A stretch of DNA of 64,000 nt from Octopus bimaculoides (taxonomy: Eukaryota): NCBI RefSeq assembly GCF_001194135.2, contig NC_068993.1, forward strand, positions 16,998,839 through 17,062,838. The letters are read 5' to 3'. Positions 1-11,139 of the stretch are shown one piece after another. The notes beneath the pieces were generated by a model. That model was not told where the DNA came from and did no database searches. It saw only the letters and a list, made by a program, of their open reading frames with translations. The translations under genes and the position numbers were made by a program. Position 1 is the first letter of the stretch. Every line of letters starts with the position of its first letter.

Positions 1-214
1 AAGGTAAATTTATAACTGTTACTGAAAGACATGAACCAAAAAAGCAAAATCAAAGATCTTGTATTCGCCTACACGATAGTACTAAATTACAATAATGATA
101 ATGATTTCTTTTATTAGCCACATGGGCATAGATGAAGGGGACATTACATGGACCGTCAAGAATTTGTGTGGGGTTTTCATGAGGAGAAAGAAAAGGAATA
201 GACGATGAAATGCG

Positions 215-253
<39 letters not shown>

Positions 254-569
254 AAATAGTAAATGAGTATATGCATATATACGTACAGGTATGTGCATAC
301 CGACATCCACCTGTATGTATAGGTGCATATCTGGGTACAGGACATTGCAAACAAAACGTAGACGAGAAAACACACAAGCCACATAGAGAATATTCTTCTT
401 CATCAGCTACCCCCGTTTTAACACCGGCGTTTCGAAGAGAGTTTTCGTATATATATANNNNNNNNNNATATATATAATATATATATATATATATATAGTT
501 TAAAAAAACAATAACAAAAAACAAAGTGAGGACGTGATATGGATAGTATTATTGGACGCTCAGGAAAGG

Positions 570-603
<34 letters not shown>

Positions 604-619
604 TACAAATATGTAAAAA

Positions 620-1300
620 CGTGAATGAGACACTATCCCTGATATAAGAGGAACCCCAACTGGGGCCAATCAATGAACCCCACAGATCCAGGGTTATCAT
701 GCCCATCAAAGCACGAGTCCTCGCCCGACTGTTCTCCAATCCATAGGTATCCTAACCACTTTTTCCCGCTGTCACCCATCTTTTCAGAAATTCCCTGGGA
801 GATAACATTTCCCCCTCTACCTTCATTTTCCTTTTCAAATGGAAATTAAAAATGTCAAGGAGGGCTTAGGTTGCTGTCTCTCCTCTATCCTTTCAGCCTA
901 GTCCACCACACAACCTCTTTCACCATAGCCACTAGACAGAGGAACATCGCCTGCCCTACCTTGTTAAAGGTGGACGGTAAGGCGATCTTCACGTTGGATT
1001 CGGCTGGTTATCGGATTCGTCCCACACACGTTGACAGCTGTTCGTTATAACTCTCACAAGTCAGCAATGCTCGGACACTGTACGAATGTGTGCAGTTTGG
1101 TTTCGACACTGCGCGCATCTCGGACAGTTCTGCTTGAGAACGCTTCCGTGCGTGTAGAGTTTATCTTGGACTTTCAGTGCTCCTCAGTAACAGACACTGT
1201 CAGGCCAGGGATTTATGGAAGTACCAGGCCCGAATGTCCTCTGAAACAAACCAGCTAGTTCATCCTCATCGTCGACTAGAGTTATTCCGAGAACGTCGTT
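620..1300 (-). mobile_element. Degraded L1/Tx1-type LINE, ORF2 C-terminus (zf-RVT/CCHC region) plus 3' UTR
   Basis: Manual minus-strand translation across frameshifts and stops gives GALKVQDKLYTHGSVLKQNCPRCAQ / VETKLHTFVQCPSIADL* / AMFLCLVAMVKEVVWWTRLKG / FNFHLKRKMKVEGEMLSPREFLKRWV. The CxxC...ET..H.F..C pattern is typical of L1/Tx1 ORF2 ends. Confidence 0.8.
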
Positions 1301-1601
1301 ACTATTAGACACAAGGTCAGAATTGTATTTATTTATTTGTGTGTGTGTGTAAAGTGGAGGAGAGTATTATCGATTATATCAACCCTAACTTGACCAGTAT
1401 TTCATTTTATCGATGCTAGAATGAGGTTTGAACCCAATATAAAATAAAGAACTAACCACCACATGTCATTATATCCATGCTAATCATAATTCTGCTGCAC
1501 TAAACGATTTCTAATTTTGACAAAAGACCAATTGTGGTAAGAAAATGGACACAGTTGATCGATTGGTCAACGGTAAGGTAGCATATATATATATATATAT
1601 A

Positions 1602-2127
1602 NNNNNNNNNNNNNNNNNNNNNNNNNNNNNNNNNNNNNNNNNNNNNNNNNNNNNNNNNNNNNNNNNNNNNNNNNNNNNNNNNNNNNNNNNNNNNNNNNNN
1701 NNNNNNNNNNNNNNNNNNNNNNNNNNNNNNNNNNNNNNNNNNNNNNNNNNNNNNNNNNNNNNNNNNNNNNNNNNNNNNNNNNNNNNNNNNNNNNNNNNNN
1801 NNNNNNNNNNNNNNNNNNNNNNNNNNNNNNNNNNNNNNNNNNNNNNNNNNNNNNNNNNNNNNNNNNNNNNNNNNNNNNNNNNNNNNNNNNNNNNNNNNNN
1901 NNNNNNNNNNNNNNNNNNNNNNNNNNNNNNNNNNNNNNNNNNNNNNNNNNNNNNNNNNNNNNNNNNNNNNNNNNNNNNNNNNNNNNNNNNNNNNNNNNNN
2001 NNNNNNNNNNNNNNNNNNNNNNNNNNNNNNNNNNNNNNNNNNNNNNNNNNNNNNNNNNNNNNNNNNNNNNNNNNNNNNNNNNNNNNNNNNNNNNNNNNNN
2101 NNNNNNNNNNNNNNNNNNNNNNNNNNN
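1602..2127. other. Assembly gap (N run)
   Basis: Run of N preceded by (AT)n. Similar gaps occur at 13956-14377, 40978-41290 and many shorter sites. Confidence 0.99.
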
Positions 2128-2261
2128 AATATAAAGCGTAGAACCGCGATTAGAGAAGTTGTCAACCATGATGTTTATCAGTGCCTCCTTCGTCTTCATT
2201 TATAAAAAAAAAAATACCAACTTTCAGAAAATCCAATTTTGTATTATATGTGGTAGGTATA

Positions 2262-2301
<40 letters not shown>

Positions 2302-2649
2302 AGAGAGAGAGAGAAAGAGAGAGAGGGGGAGAGGGAGTTATTCAATATACATATCAATGAAACAACCTTCCGCATTCATTGAGTGTTATGATGCTTGAAA
2401 ATACCGTAATATTTACTTGCATTACCAGCGGGGCTCGTCTTGGCCTATTCATGGCTATAATAAAGGATCTTATATTTCCCCCATGAGAAATGCATTTCTC
2501 ACAAATTTATTAAAGATGTTCAGTGACTGTCATATGAATCAACCTCGGCGAATATCTAATATTTATTTCATAGACTTTATCTTGTAAGGTATAAAAGACC
2601 AAGACGACCTTGATGGGGTATGGATGGATTTCGAAACGTAAAAGAGGGG

Positions 2650-2750
2650 AAGTCCTTATGTGGTCGCTCGACCTGCTAGAAACAGCAGCCAAATATTCCT
2701 AAGTCACACCCTTTAAAAAATGGGATGGTCCAGGCTGATCTGGGTCTAAT
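2650..2750 (+). mobile_element. Interspersed repeat fragment, 'ctgctagaaatagcagccaaat' family (SINE-like)
   Basis: The motif gctcgacctgctagaaacagcagccaaat recurs in decayed form in both orientations, e.g. ~8990, 9270-9470, 20630, 23740, 23950, 45990, 52400, 53480, 61960, 63130. Confidence 0.6.
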
Positions 2751-3630
2751 CAACAATTCGAAGGCATTTGTTCAATCTGTTGGCTGTACCGTTTCTGCTT
2801 ACCATTTTTTGTCCTGTTGTTGTTAATGATTTCTTACAAAGCCATTCATTTATTTGTCGTTGCTAAGTCAACGCTAATTGAATAGATTTGTGAACAGAGT
2901 TATTCTCGCCACGACCACCCCATCTTTTAAGAATATGCCAAGGACTACATTATCCAGTGTATCCCGCCTTTAAGATAGCGAACTATTGGCTGCTGTTTTT
3001 AGCATATCAACAGGCTCTGTTTTACATTTGTTATTACTTAAATGCAAGTCAGCTATGCGCAAAGGTGTTCCAGTTATGACCACCCTGCATGTTATTTAAA
3101 CTGTGTGTTCTACATTTTTAATGACACAGTAGAGAGAGATTTGTTTTGTCGCTCAATACAATGTCTGTAACTTAATCTTCATCAGCTTTCTTGGAAAATA
3201 CTCGAAGAGAATAACGAAACTAATGTGGATTCATGAATGAAAAGTATTAGTGTTGGGTCTTGTTTCACATTCTGAAAATTTAATCTTCTGTTGTTTTCAT
3301 TCAGTTTTTATTTCGAGGATAGAAACGTAGTTACAAATGCGAGCAAAATATATTTATTCACTCAAGATACAAGCGAAATATATTTACACACTTAAGTTTC
3401 TTTATCAGGTCATCATTTGATTTGAAAACATTCCGGCAAAGTGCGCGATGTTATAACTCACATGACAGAAAGTGAAAGAATTGCTACACTAATTGCTATC
3501 ATTGCTTTTTAATATACGCACTTTGTTATTTTTATGCTCGAGTGTTCTGCGATTGAGCTGTTTTATTGACCTCGGATTAAAACAGGATTTTTTTTTTAAT
3601 TCAGTAGAAACCAAACATCGCTCGCTCATA

Positions 3631-3848
3631 TACTCTTTTACTTGTTTCAGTCATTTGACTGTGGCCATGCTGGAGCACCGCCTTTTAGTCGAGCTAATCG
3701 ACCCCAGGACTTATTCTTTGTAAGCCTAGTACTTATTCTATCGGTCACTTTGCCGAACCGCTAAGTTACGGGGACGTAAACACACCAGCATCGGTTGTCA
3801 AGCGATGTAGGGGGGGGGGGACAAACACAGACACACAAACATATACGC

Positions 3849-3888
<40 letters not shown>

Positions 3889-4075
3889 GACGGGCTCCTT
3901 TCAGCTTCCGTCTACCAAATCCACTCACAAGGCTTTAGTCAGCCCGAGGCTATAGTAGAAGACACTTGCCCAAAGTGCCACGCAGTGGAACTGAACCCGG
4001 AACCATGTGGTTGGTAAGCAAGCTACTTTATTTCATATAGACTCTGGTGCCAAACAGCCATTCCTACGCCTATAT
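3631..4075 (-). mobile_element. tRNA-derived CORE-type SINE (octopus OR-like, family A), bipartite with internal (TA)n
   Basis: Near reverse complement of the copy at 43281-43750. Head has ggttccgggttcagttcc (B-box-like) and a CORE-like 'gggcaagtgtcttctactatagcc' segment. CpGs are retained. Confidence 0.85.
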
Positions 4076-4087
4076 ATAGATATAATT

Positions 4088-4430
4088 TATCTTTTACTTG
4101 TTTCAGTCATTGGATTGCAACCATGTTGGTTGTAGTCGAACGTTTCGGCCCCAGTACTTATTCTATCGGTCTCTTATGCCGAATCGCTGGATAACAGGGA
4201 CGTAAACAAACCGGAAATAGTTGTCAAGCAATGGTGGAGGATAAACATAAAGTCTCACACATAGACACACACACACACACGCTGAGTTTCGTTCAGTTTT
4301 CGTGTACCAAATCCACTCACAAGGCTTTGGTCAGTCCGGAGTTACAACAGAAAACACTGGCCTAAAGTGTCGTGCAGTGGGACTGAACCCAGAACCATGT
4401 GGTTCGGAAGCAAACTTCTTAGCTTGCAGC
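4088..4430 (-). mobile_element. Family A SINE, second adjacent copy
   Basis: Same motifs (ttttacttgtttcagtcatt ... ccaaatccactcacaaggctttggtcag ... gaaccatgtggtt), with an internal (CA)n. Confidence 0.8.
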
Positions 4431-4735
4431 CATGTGTGTGTGTGTGTTAATATCAGTAATAGAGTGGGTATATTTTTTATATACGGTGATATTAACGACT
4501 CTTTAGACATTTCGCCTGAATCTGAAGTGAATAAATTTTACCAAATGCAATAGTCGGTGCAAGACCAACGGTAACATTATAAGCAGTTATCTGTCATAAA
4601 CAGAAATATAACCGTGCATGTGTGTGTGTATATATATATATATATAATATAATATAAAAGTTAAAATAGGCCGGTTTATGGAATTGCCTTTGGTTTCCCG
4701 CCCATAAAGCGCTTAATATTACGGCGTATCCACGA

Positions 4736-4830
4736 CAGTAATCCCTCGACTAACGCGAGTGTTACGTTCCAACCCTGCCCCTCACGATAGGTGAAAATCC
4801 GCGAAGTAGAAACAGTACTGTACTGTGTAT
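4736..4830 (+). mobile_element. Terminal fragment of a pogo/Tigger-like DNA transposon
   Basis: cagtaatccctcgactaacgcgagtgttacgttcc...gataggtgaaaatccgcgaagtag resembles Tigger-type termini. No partner end was found. Confidence 0.5.
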
Positions 4831-4961
4831 ATTTTTTTAATTATTTTTATAATTTGTATATATCTATACTATAATTTTATTATAAATGCAAAACAACATC
4901 ACGGAGGAATCGACGTAAGTTTAAATAATAAACCGCTATATGACAAGGGATTACTGTATAT

Positions 4962-5141
4962 AGGGAGAGTTCACAAAAAAACAACAGACGAAGACAGGTG
5001 GTGTAGAAAACAAACAGATGTATTAGTTTAACGCTCGGGAATTGAAAAAGTCTTTAACGTTTCGAGCCTAGGCTCTTCCACAGAAAGGAACACAGAAAGA
5101 AACAAAGAGAGAAAAAAATGTGTGTAGTGGTTAGCGATCTA
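4962..5141 (-). mobile_element. Penelope-like 3'-end repeat, copy 1 (inverted relative to 5657-5850)
   Basis: Contains aacgtttcgagcctaggctcttc, the reverse complement of gaagag...gctcgaaacgtt, a motif type seen at PLE ends. Aligns by eye at roughly 85% to the reverse complement of 5657-5850. Confidence 0.55.
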
Positions 5142-5143
5142 TC

Positions 5144-5196
<53 letters not shown>

Positions 5197-5391
5197 TATG
5201 CTCTCGTTGTGTCAGTTCTCTTTTATGGCTCAGACAGGTCGCTTCCTAAAAATGGCTTTTTAAACGTAAGGTCCGAAATATAGTGGAAAACAAGCAATGC
5301 AAAAATTTATTTATGGGACATGAGGTAACATAGAACATAATTTGTTTGGTTCTACTTTAGAACAAAAAAATGAGCTAGGATCATTATTTAC

Positions 5392-5443
5392 CTCGGTCAA
5401 GCTGTTGGGGGAAAACTTGCAAACTCTCCTCGCCAGATGTCAT
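5392..5443 (-). CDS. Candidate first coding (or uORF) exon, MTSGEESLQVFPQQLDR, product unknown
   Basis: ATG at 5443 reads open to a GAG|GTAAAT donor at 5392/5391. It lies ~90 bp from the ETS/CRE cluster, and a possible acceptor (cctcgcaatcag) lies just upstream. No homology was recognised. Confidence 0.3.
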
Positions 5444-5529
5444 CACCACTGATTGCGAGGATATGAAAGACGAGGCTTTAGGTGTGGGTTAATGCAGGAT
5501 TGTTAGGCGAGGAGGGGAGCGTGGAGAGT

Positions 5530-5585
5530 GTCCTCTTCCGGTCAACTCGCCCTTCCGGTTAGCTCCCCAGTCACTGACGTCATAT
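5530..5585. promoter_or_regulatory. Candidate housekeeping-type promoter: two ETS cores and a full CRE
   Basis: CTTCCGG at 5535-5541 and 5552-5558, and the perfect palindrome TGACGTCA at 5575-5582, in unique CpG-rich sequence. Confidence 0.55.
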
Positions 5586-5599
5586 CACACCGAGTTACA

Positions 5600-5654
<55 letters not shown>

Positions 5655-5656
5655 AT

Positions 5657-5848
5657 ATAGATCGCTGACCACTACATTTATATATTTTTTCTCCTTGTTT
5701 CTCTCCTTATTTCTTTCTGTGTTCCTTTCAGTTGAAGAGCGTAGGCTCGAAACGTCAAGGACTTTCTCTGTTCCCGAACGTTAAACTAATACATCCATTT
5801 GTTGTTTACACCACCTGTCTTCGTCTGTTGTTTTTTTCGTAAATTCTC

Positions 5849-5850
<2 letters not shown>
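5657..5850 (+). mobile_element. Penelope-like 3'-end repeat, copy 2
   Basis: ttgaagagcgtaggctcgaaacgtcaag...cccgaacgttaaactaatacatcc; inverted partner of 4962-5141. Confidence 0.55.
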
Positions 5851-5896
<46 letters not shown>

Positions 5897-7528
5897 TTCG
5901 ACGAGGAGATTTAATACGCCCGAAACATAACCGCTGCTTTCACCTACCTGTTGGTTTTAAAAGCCAGATCAATTCCCATACTGCCTTTCCCTTATTTTGC
6001 AAAGCTTTCAATTATTTGATTGTATTGGAACGATTTCTTTTGCTGGATGTTTTTAGGTTTTTAAGGCATCGCTAGAGTGAGTTTTTATCTACTAAATGCA
6101 TGGTTAATCTTGGTTAATCGGGGAGCTTTCAACTCAGTGCATTGCAATATACGTGAGATCCAACCATAAAATGTAAGTTAATATCTCGACCATCTGTCAC
6201 TCCAACTCCGCCCGTTAAGAATAATATTCAGTCAGTCCACTTTATTTGTATTCTGATTTTTACCATCCTTTTCCCGTTTGGTTTGTCTTGACATCACCAC
6301 TATCGTCTCCAAATGTTTCTTCTGTACATTTATATATTTTGTAAACTTTGGTTTGTTCTTTTTCCCTCCCTCTACCCCCTTCCTGATACAGTTTATGTTT
6401 TTATCAGTCCACTTGCTTGAACCGGTTCGCCTCCCTGAATTAACACTAATTCACTAAAATAAAATAAAACAAAATAAAAGTTTATTTAACTTATTTCCGA
6501 TTCTTCATTTGCCCTTCTTCCTTTTCTATCATCGTTATTTACTTCTATAATGTTTACTCTGAAGATCTGTGTGTGCGCCGGGGGGTGGGGAAGGATTGGT
6601 CAGTGATCATAGCCGTTTTTTGACGCTCCCTGACTGTCTTTTAACTGGTTTCAGCCAAAGAATGAATTGTGGCCACCGTTTTAAAGGTTAGTCATATCGG
6701 CTCCGGTATTTATTTCAGTCTGGTACTTCTTTTATCGATCATTCTTTGTCATGGGAGACACACCATAGACATCATTCTTATATAGGTATAAAGCAACACA
6801 CACGTACACACGCATGCATATTATTTGTCCTTTATGTTCAGTAACGTTCATAAGTCTATTAATGTTTTGAAAAGCTTCACAGTCTCACCTTCTGGATAAC
6901 GGGATATATATTAATGGCAAAATACAAACCTCAAGTCAATACAAATCTTGCTGCACACGTGAAATAGCTAGAAAAGTAAGTAGGAGGTAACCATTTGGAA
7001 ATTGTATCAGTACTCTATTCCCATGCTCTCTTGGTGCCTACTACAAAACGCGGCAGCAACGCCTCATAATTAACTATTTCTTCTGGAAAATGTAACCGAG
7101 ACTGCTTAGAAACGTTGGTGGACTTATGAACGTTATTGCTCAAAGGATTACCAATAAGGAAATATGGAAAAATTATTTAATAATACAAATATAAAGAAAG
7201 ATAAAAACGAATGGACTCAAAAGTCTTGTCTTCGGCTTAGAACATGTTTGAAAGAAAACTCATTACTCACACACGATGGCCTTCTCTTCTGCACATTTTC
7301 TGTCTACCAAATTCTAATAAATAAGAGACACTTGCTTCAGATGCCGCTCAGTAGAATCGAACCCGGGAACATGCGGTTGTAAAGTTTAACCACACAGTTA
7401 TGCCTACACCAATATACGATATAGGAAGTTCGAACTTCTGTAAGTTGATGCTTGACGGCATAAACATATTAACCTGGAGAAAGAGTTCTAGATTTTGAGT
7501 ACTTGTTACCGGCATTTGTTTTACCCAG

Positions 7529-7606
7529 ATTCCTGGTTTTACAATTCCAGGTAGCTGCAGTTTCTGGGACTCAGCGCTTATATAGTGCAGGTATTTTGCA
7601 ACTAAG
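7529..7606 (+). other. Candidate exon (strong donor AAG|GTAAGC), coding status unknown
   Basis: Acceptor ttttacccag|A at 7528/7529 and donor at 7606/7607. One frame is open (FLVLQFQVAAVSGTQRLYSAGILQL). It may instead be a first or UTR exon. Confidence 0.35.
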
Positions 7607-7739
7607 GTAAGCCTTGAGGCTTGTTCAATTCTCTTTTTTTTTTTCTCTTTCGCTCTCTTCATTGTCACACACAAACACGCAGAATATCATCGGAGGGCGG
7701 GACGGGTTTATACATTTCTGTCGAGCTTTTATCCCACAG

Positions 7740-7824
7740 TGCGAATGCTCGCCTTTTCTGGTATCCAACGAAATTTCCAGGCCCCAGTACGATGTATATG
7801 TACCCTACACTGTCCATTTCATAG
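7740..7824 (+). other. Candidate exon after acceptor cttttatcccacag|T
   Basis: Splicing from 7606 (phase 2) continues in frame as SANARLFWYPTKFPGPSTMYMYPTLSIS* across a 133-nt intron. Confidence 0.25.
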
Positions 7825-9759
7825 GGGTTCTGTATATGTGTATGTATATATATATTATATATACAGAGAGAGAAAAATAGATTGTTTTTGTTCGTGTTAT
7901 GGAACAAAAACGTACACGTGTTCAATAGAGCTTAATATGTCGGAAGTGTTGTAAAACCTTATATACGTTGATTTATGTGAGGAGAGAGAGAGAAGAAAGG
8001 TTTAGGAGAATCAGGTAATGTTCTCGACTAAAAAGCTCCAGAATATTAGTGGCGAACCTAAGGGGGAGGGGTCCTGAGGGGCACTGCCCTCCCTCAAGAA
8101 AAGACGTGCGCTCTTCTAAATAATGTTATTACGCCATTTTCTCCTAGAATTGTATTCCCTTCTTGCCCACTCTTCGAAAAATTCCTGGGATCGTGCCTGA
8201 ATGTTGCACTTCAGCATATATATCTATAATCCAATGACTGGAACTTGTGATAGAAAGAATTTGCTATCACCTGGCAAGTAATAAACACGAAGATCAAGTC
8301 CTGATAATGAATCCGATTTTTTTTTTTTTCTTAAATTAATATTTATATAGGTTAATGAACAAAATCGTTTCTATCAACATGTTGTTGCCATCTACTTTGT
8401 TTAGACGAAGTGCTCCTATAGTCATCGATACCTCGGCGAAATTTGAACACAGAACGTGAAGAGACGGAGTAAAAATCACAAGACATCTCGTTCTATGCTT
8501 TAAAGGGTTCTGTTAATTTAGCGCCCTGAACTTTTACGGCTCCAGGTAATGTTTCGTAAGAGGCTTGACTGAAAAAGAGAATGAATGATGTCGTCCCCAT
8601 CATACCGACACTCTGGAGACTAATATCGAAGGATCGCGTGGCTCCGAAACGATAAAAGGCGAAGTTGGCCTCTGTGAGATTTGAAATCTGTGCTTGGAGG
8701 GTCATAACGAGTGCACACACACACACACACACACACACACTTGATATCCTGTTTTTCAAAACAGTACTTTATGCAGTGAATCATTCCTGCATGTTTGTAG
8801 TGAACCCATCCTTGATATATAATACGCGCTTTGCTGTGCGTATGTGTACTTTCGGTTTTGTGTACATTTAACATCTACTATATAACTACATCCACAATAA
8901 CATCCCTCTAATTACCGTTCATCCGTTCCGAAACTAACTACCGATTGTGTACGAGTTACCAACGAAGATCTCTATACAGTCTTTCAGCTCGTTAGAAACA
9001 ACAGCTAATTCTCCCTCACTTGTCCGGTAGAAGAACAAATATTGGATTACAGTATCGTAGTTTTGCAGGGAGTTAGGGAAACATGATAGTCATGGTTTGA
9101 ATGGTTTTGATTGTTAGTTAGGTCTCTCTTTTCAGTTTCAACTAAATAACTAAACTAATGTGTTTGGCCGCCGGCACTAGTGACAACTAGTCTCTGATGT
9201 GACAGACGTATGTTCTAAATTATTTCGACCGTAACCATTCTACCTTTTTATCGAGAACTACAGATGATGTGACAAGTGCGTTATTTTACTGTTATTTCTA
9301 GCAAGCCTAGTAAATTTAGAACTACGTTATATTTACTTTTCGTCTTTAAGATAGTAGAGCGTTATTTGAGGAAGTTTTGACTACTGTTTCTAGCCGGTCA
9401 AGTTACTATGTAGAGGTGTCCTCATTTAGCGCATCCAGTCTACCATCAGTTATTTAACGATAGGTGAGCTCTGGAAAAGCAGATCTACGATCTAATATAT
9501 TTCATTAGCCAGTGTCTCTGGGACTATTGTTAATCTAATGTGTCGTTATTTTATTTTATTGCATTTTAAGACGTTAAAGTCTGATTTGAGAGAGATTTAG
9601 CTATAATTTCTAACAGCAAGAACACATAAGATCGAGGTTCCCTCGTTGGCGCGGCTAACCACTATCAGTTTGACACAATGGTCAAAGTCTGAGCAGTTAT
9701 TGGTAATTAATACTTATTTTGTGGTCGAGGGGAATGGCTGGTGGTTGAGATAATCGATA

Positions 9760-10960
9760 TTTTATACCATTTCTCTCTTCTTTTTCCTTCAATTTTTTTT
9801 TCTCTTTCTTTGTAAAGATTTTACTGAAAATCGAATCCTGTTAATGTTTAGTGTTGGTGGTGGTGATGATGGTGGTGGTGGTGGTTGTTATTGTTGAACT
9901 TGCTGCGACAGTACAGATGCTAAAATTGGTTTTGTTTTCACTGTCCTTTTTCGTGTACATTCTTTGTTGTTATTCCTCCTTTGTCTTCTCGCCTTCCTCT
10001 TTCTCCCTCTTTTTCCCCTTCTTCGTTTTTCCCCGCCTTCATTCGCCCCACCCCCCTAATGTCCCTCGTTTTATTTCTGGTTTAGTTTAACGAAAAACCT
10101 GTTCAGTACTGTCCAAATATTTTCTTTAATTTCATTACTTCTCATCATTTCATTCTTTATTTATTATTTTTTCTTCTTATTCTTTACTCTTTCGTCTTCC
10201 TTTTCTTGTTGTCTTACTGTCGTTCTTTAAAATTTTTATTTCTCTTATTCATGCTACCTATAATTTATGTATTCCTTCATTCAATTGCCTTTCTTCTGTT
10301 TTAAAAGGAAAAAAAAAAAATTCTTTTTCTTTCACACTTTTCAGCCTTTCTAATCTTGTCTCACTTATTCTTGTCTTTCGTCTTTTGTTGTTCTTATTTC
10401 TTCACTCTTTCAACACACACACACACACTCTCTCTCTTTCTCTCTTATTTTATCGGAGTTTTTTCCTTCCTTTGTCTTTTCCACACATTCATTCTCTCTG
10501 TTATTCCATTGTTCTCTTCTCCTCATGTAGTGACAACGGTATGACACCTTTTCAATTCTTCGCGCATTTCCATTCTATTCTTCCTCTCTTATTTCATTTA
10601 TTTTACGTGCACTCCTCAACCACTTCTCTTCCGTCTCTGTCTCTCTCTATTAATTTTTTTTCTTACTTCTCTCTTTTTCGACATTAAAAAAATCTCTTTC
10701 ATATTCGTTCTCCTCTTTCCTTCCATTTAACCCGTATTTCCCCTCATTCTTTTTCATTTATCCATTCTATATTTCTACTTTAATTTCTTTATTCCCTTTT
10801 ATATTACCATTTCCTTCTTTCGATTGACTTGTTTCTTTCTCGTTCTTTTTCATTTCCTATTTCACCTCCTTCCTTCCTTTCTTTCTCTCTTCCTTCCTCT
10901 GTTTACTCATTCTGCAGTTTGTTTTTTGCATTTTCCTTTACTCTATATTTTTTCCGTGGC
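9760..10960 (+). repeat. Long pyrimidine-rich low-complexity tract
   Basis: About 1.2 kb dominated by C/T on the + strand with no discrete repeat unit. Confidence 0.85.
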
Positions 10961-11139
10961 CGTGTGGTTTGTTTCGCAATTACGTTGTCCCTAGGGTTTA
11001 TGAGAGGAGAATGCAAGGGATATATGATATCCGAACCCAGGAAATTTATTGGGATCTCAGGAAACGTTTGTATATATTAAAAACTAGCATTCACAGAAGG
11101 GGTGGGAGCTTGAAAGAAACCTTATATTCCTTGAAATCA

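Noticed and set aside
1500-2199. ORFs spanning N-gaps (also 13924-14449, 40934-41427, 43999-44606)
   Set aside because: The length comes from unknown bases.
7760-7815. GYIYIV...FVG on minus, resembling GIY-YIG
   Set aside because: The spacing is too short and the downstream Arg/Glu/Asn motifs are not identifiable.
8055-8200. Possible GC-rich MITE (agtggcgaacctaaggggg...cctgggatcgtgcctg)
   Set aside because: The TIRs are too degenerate and there is no TSD to support a call.
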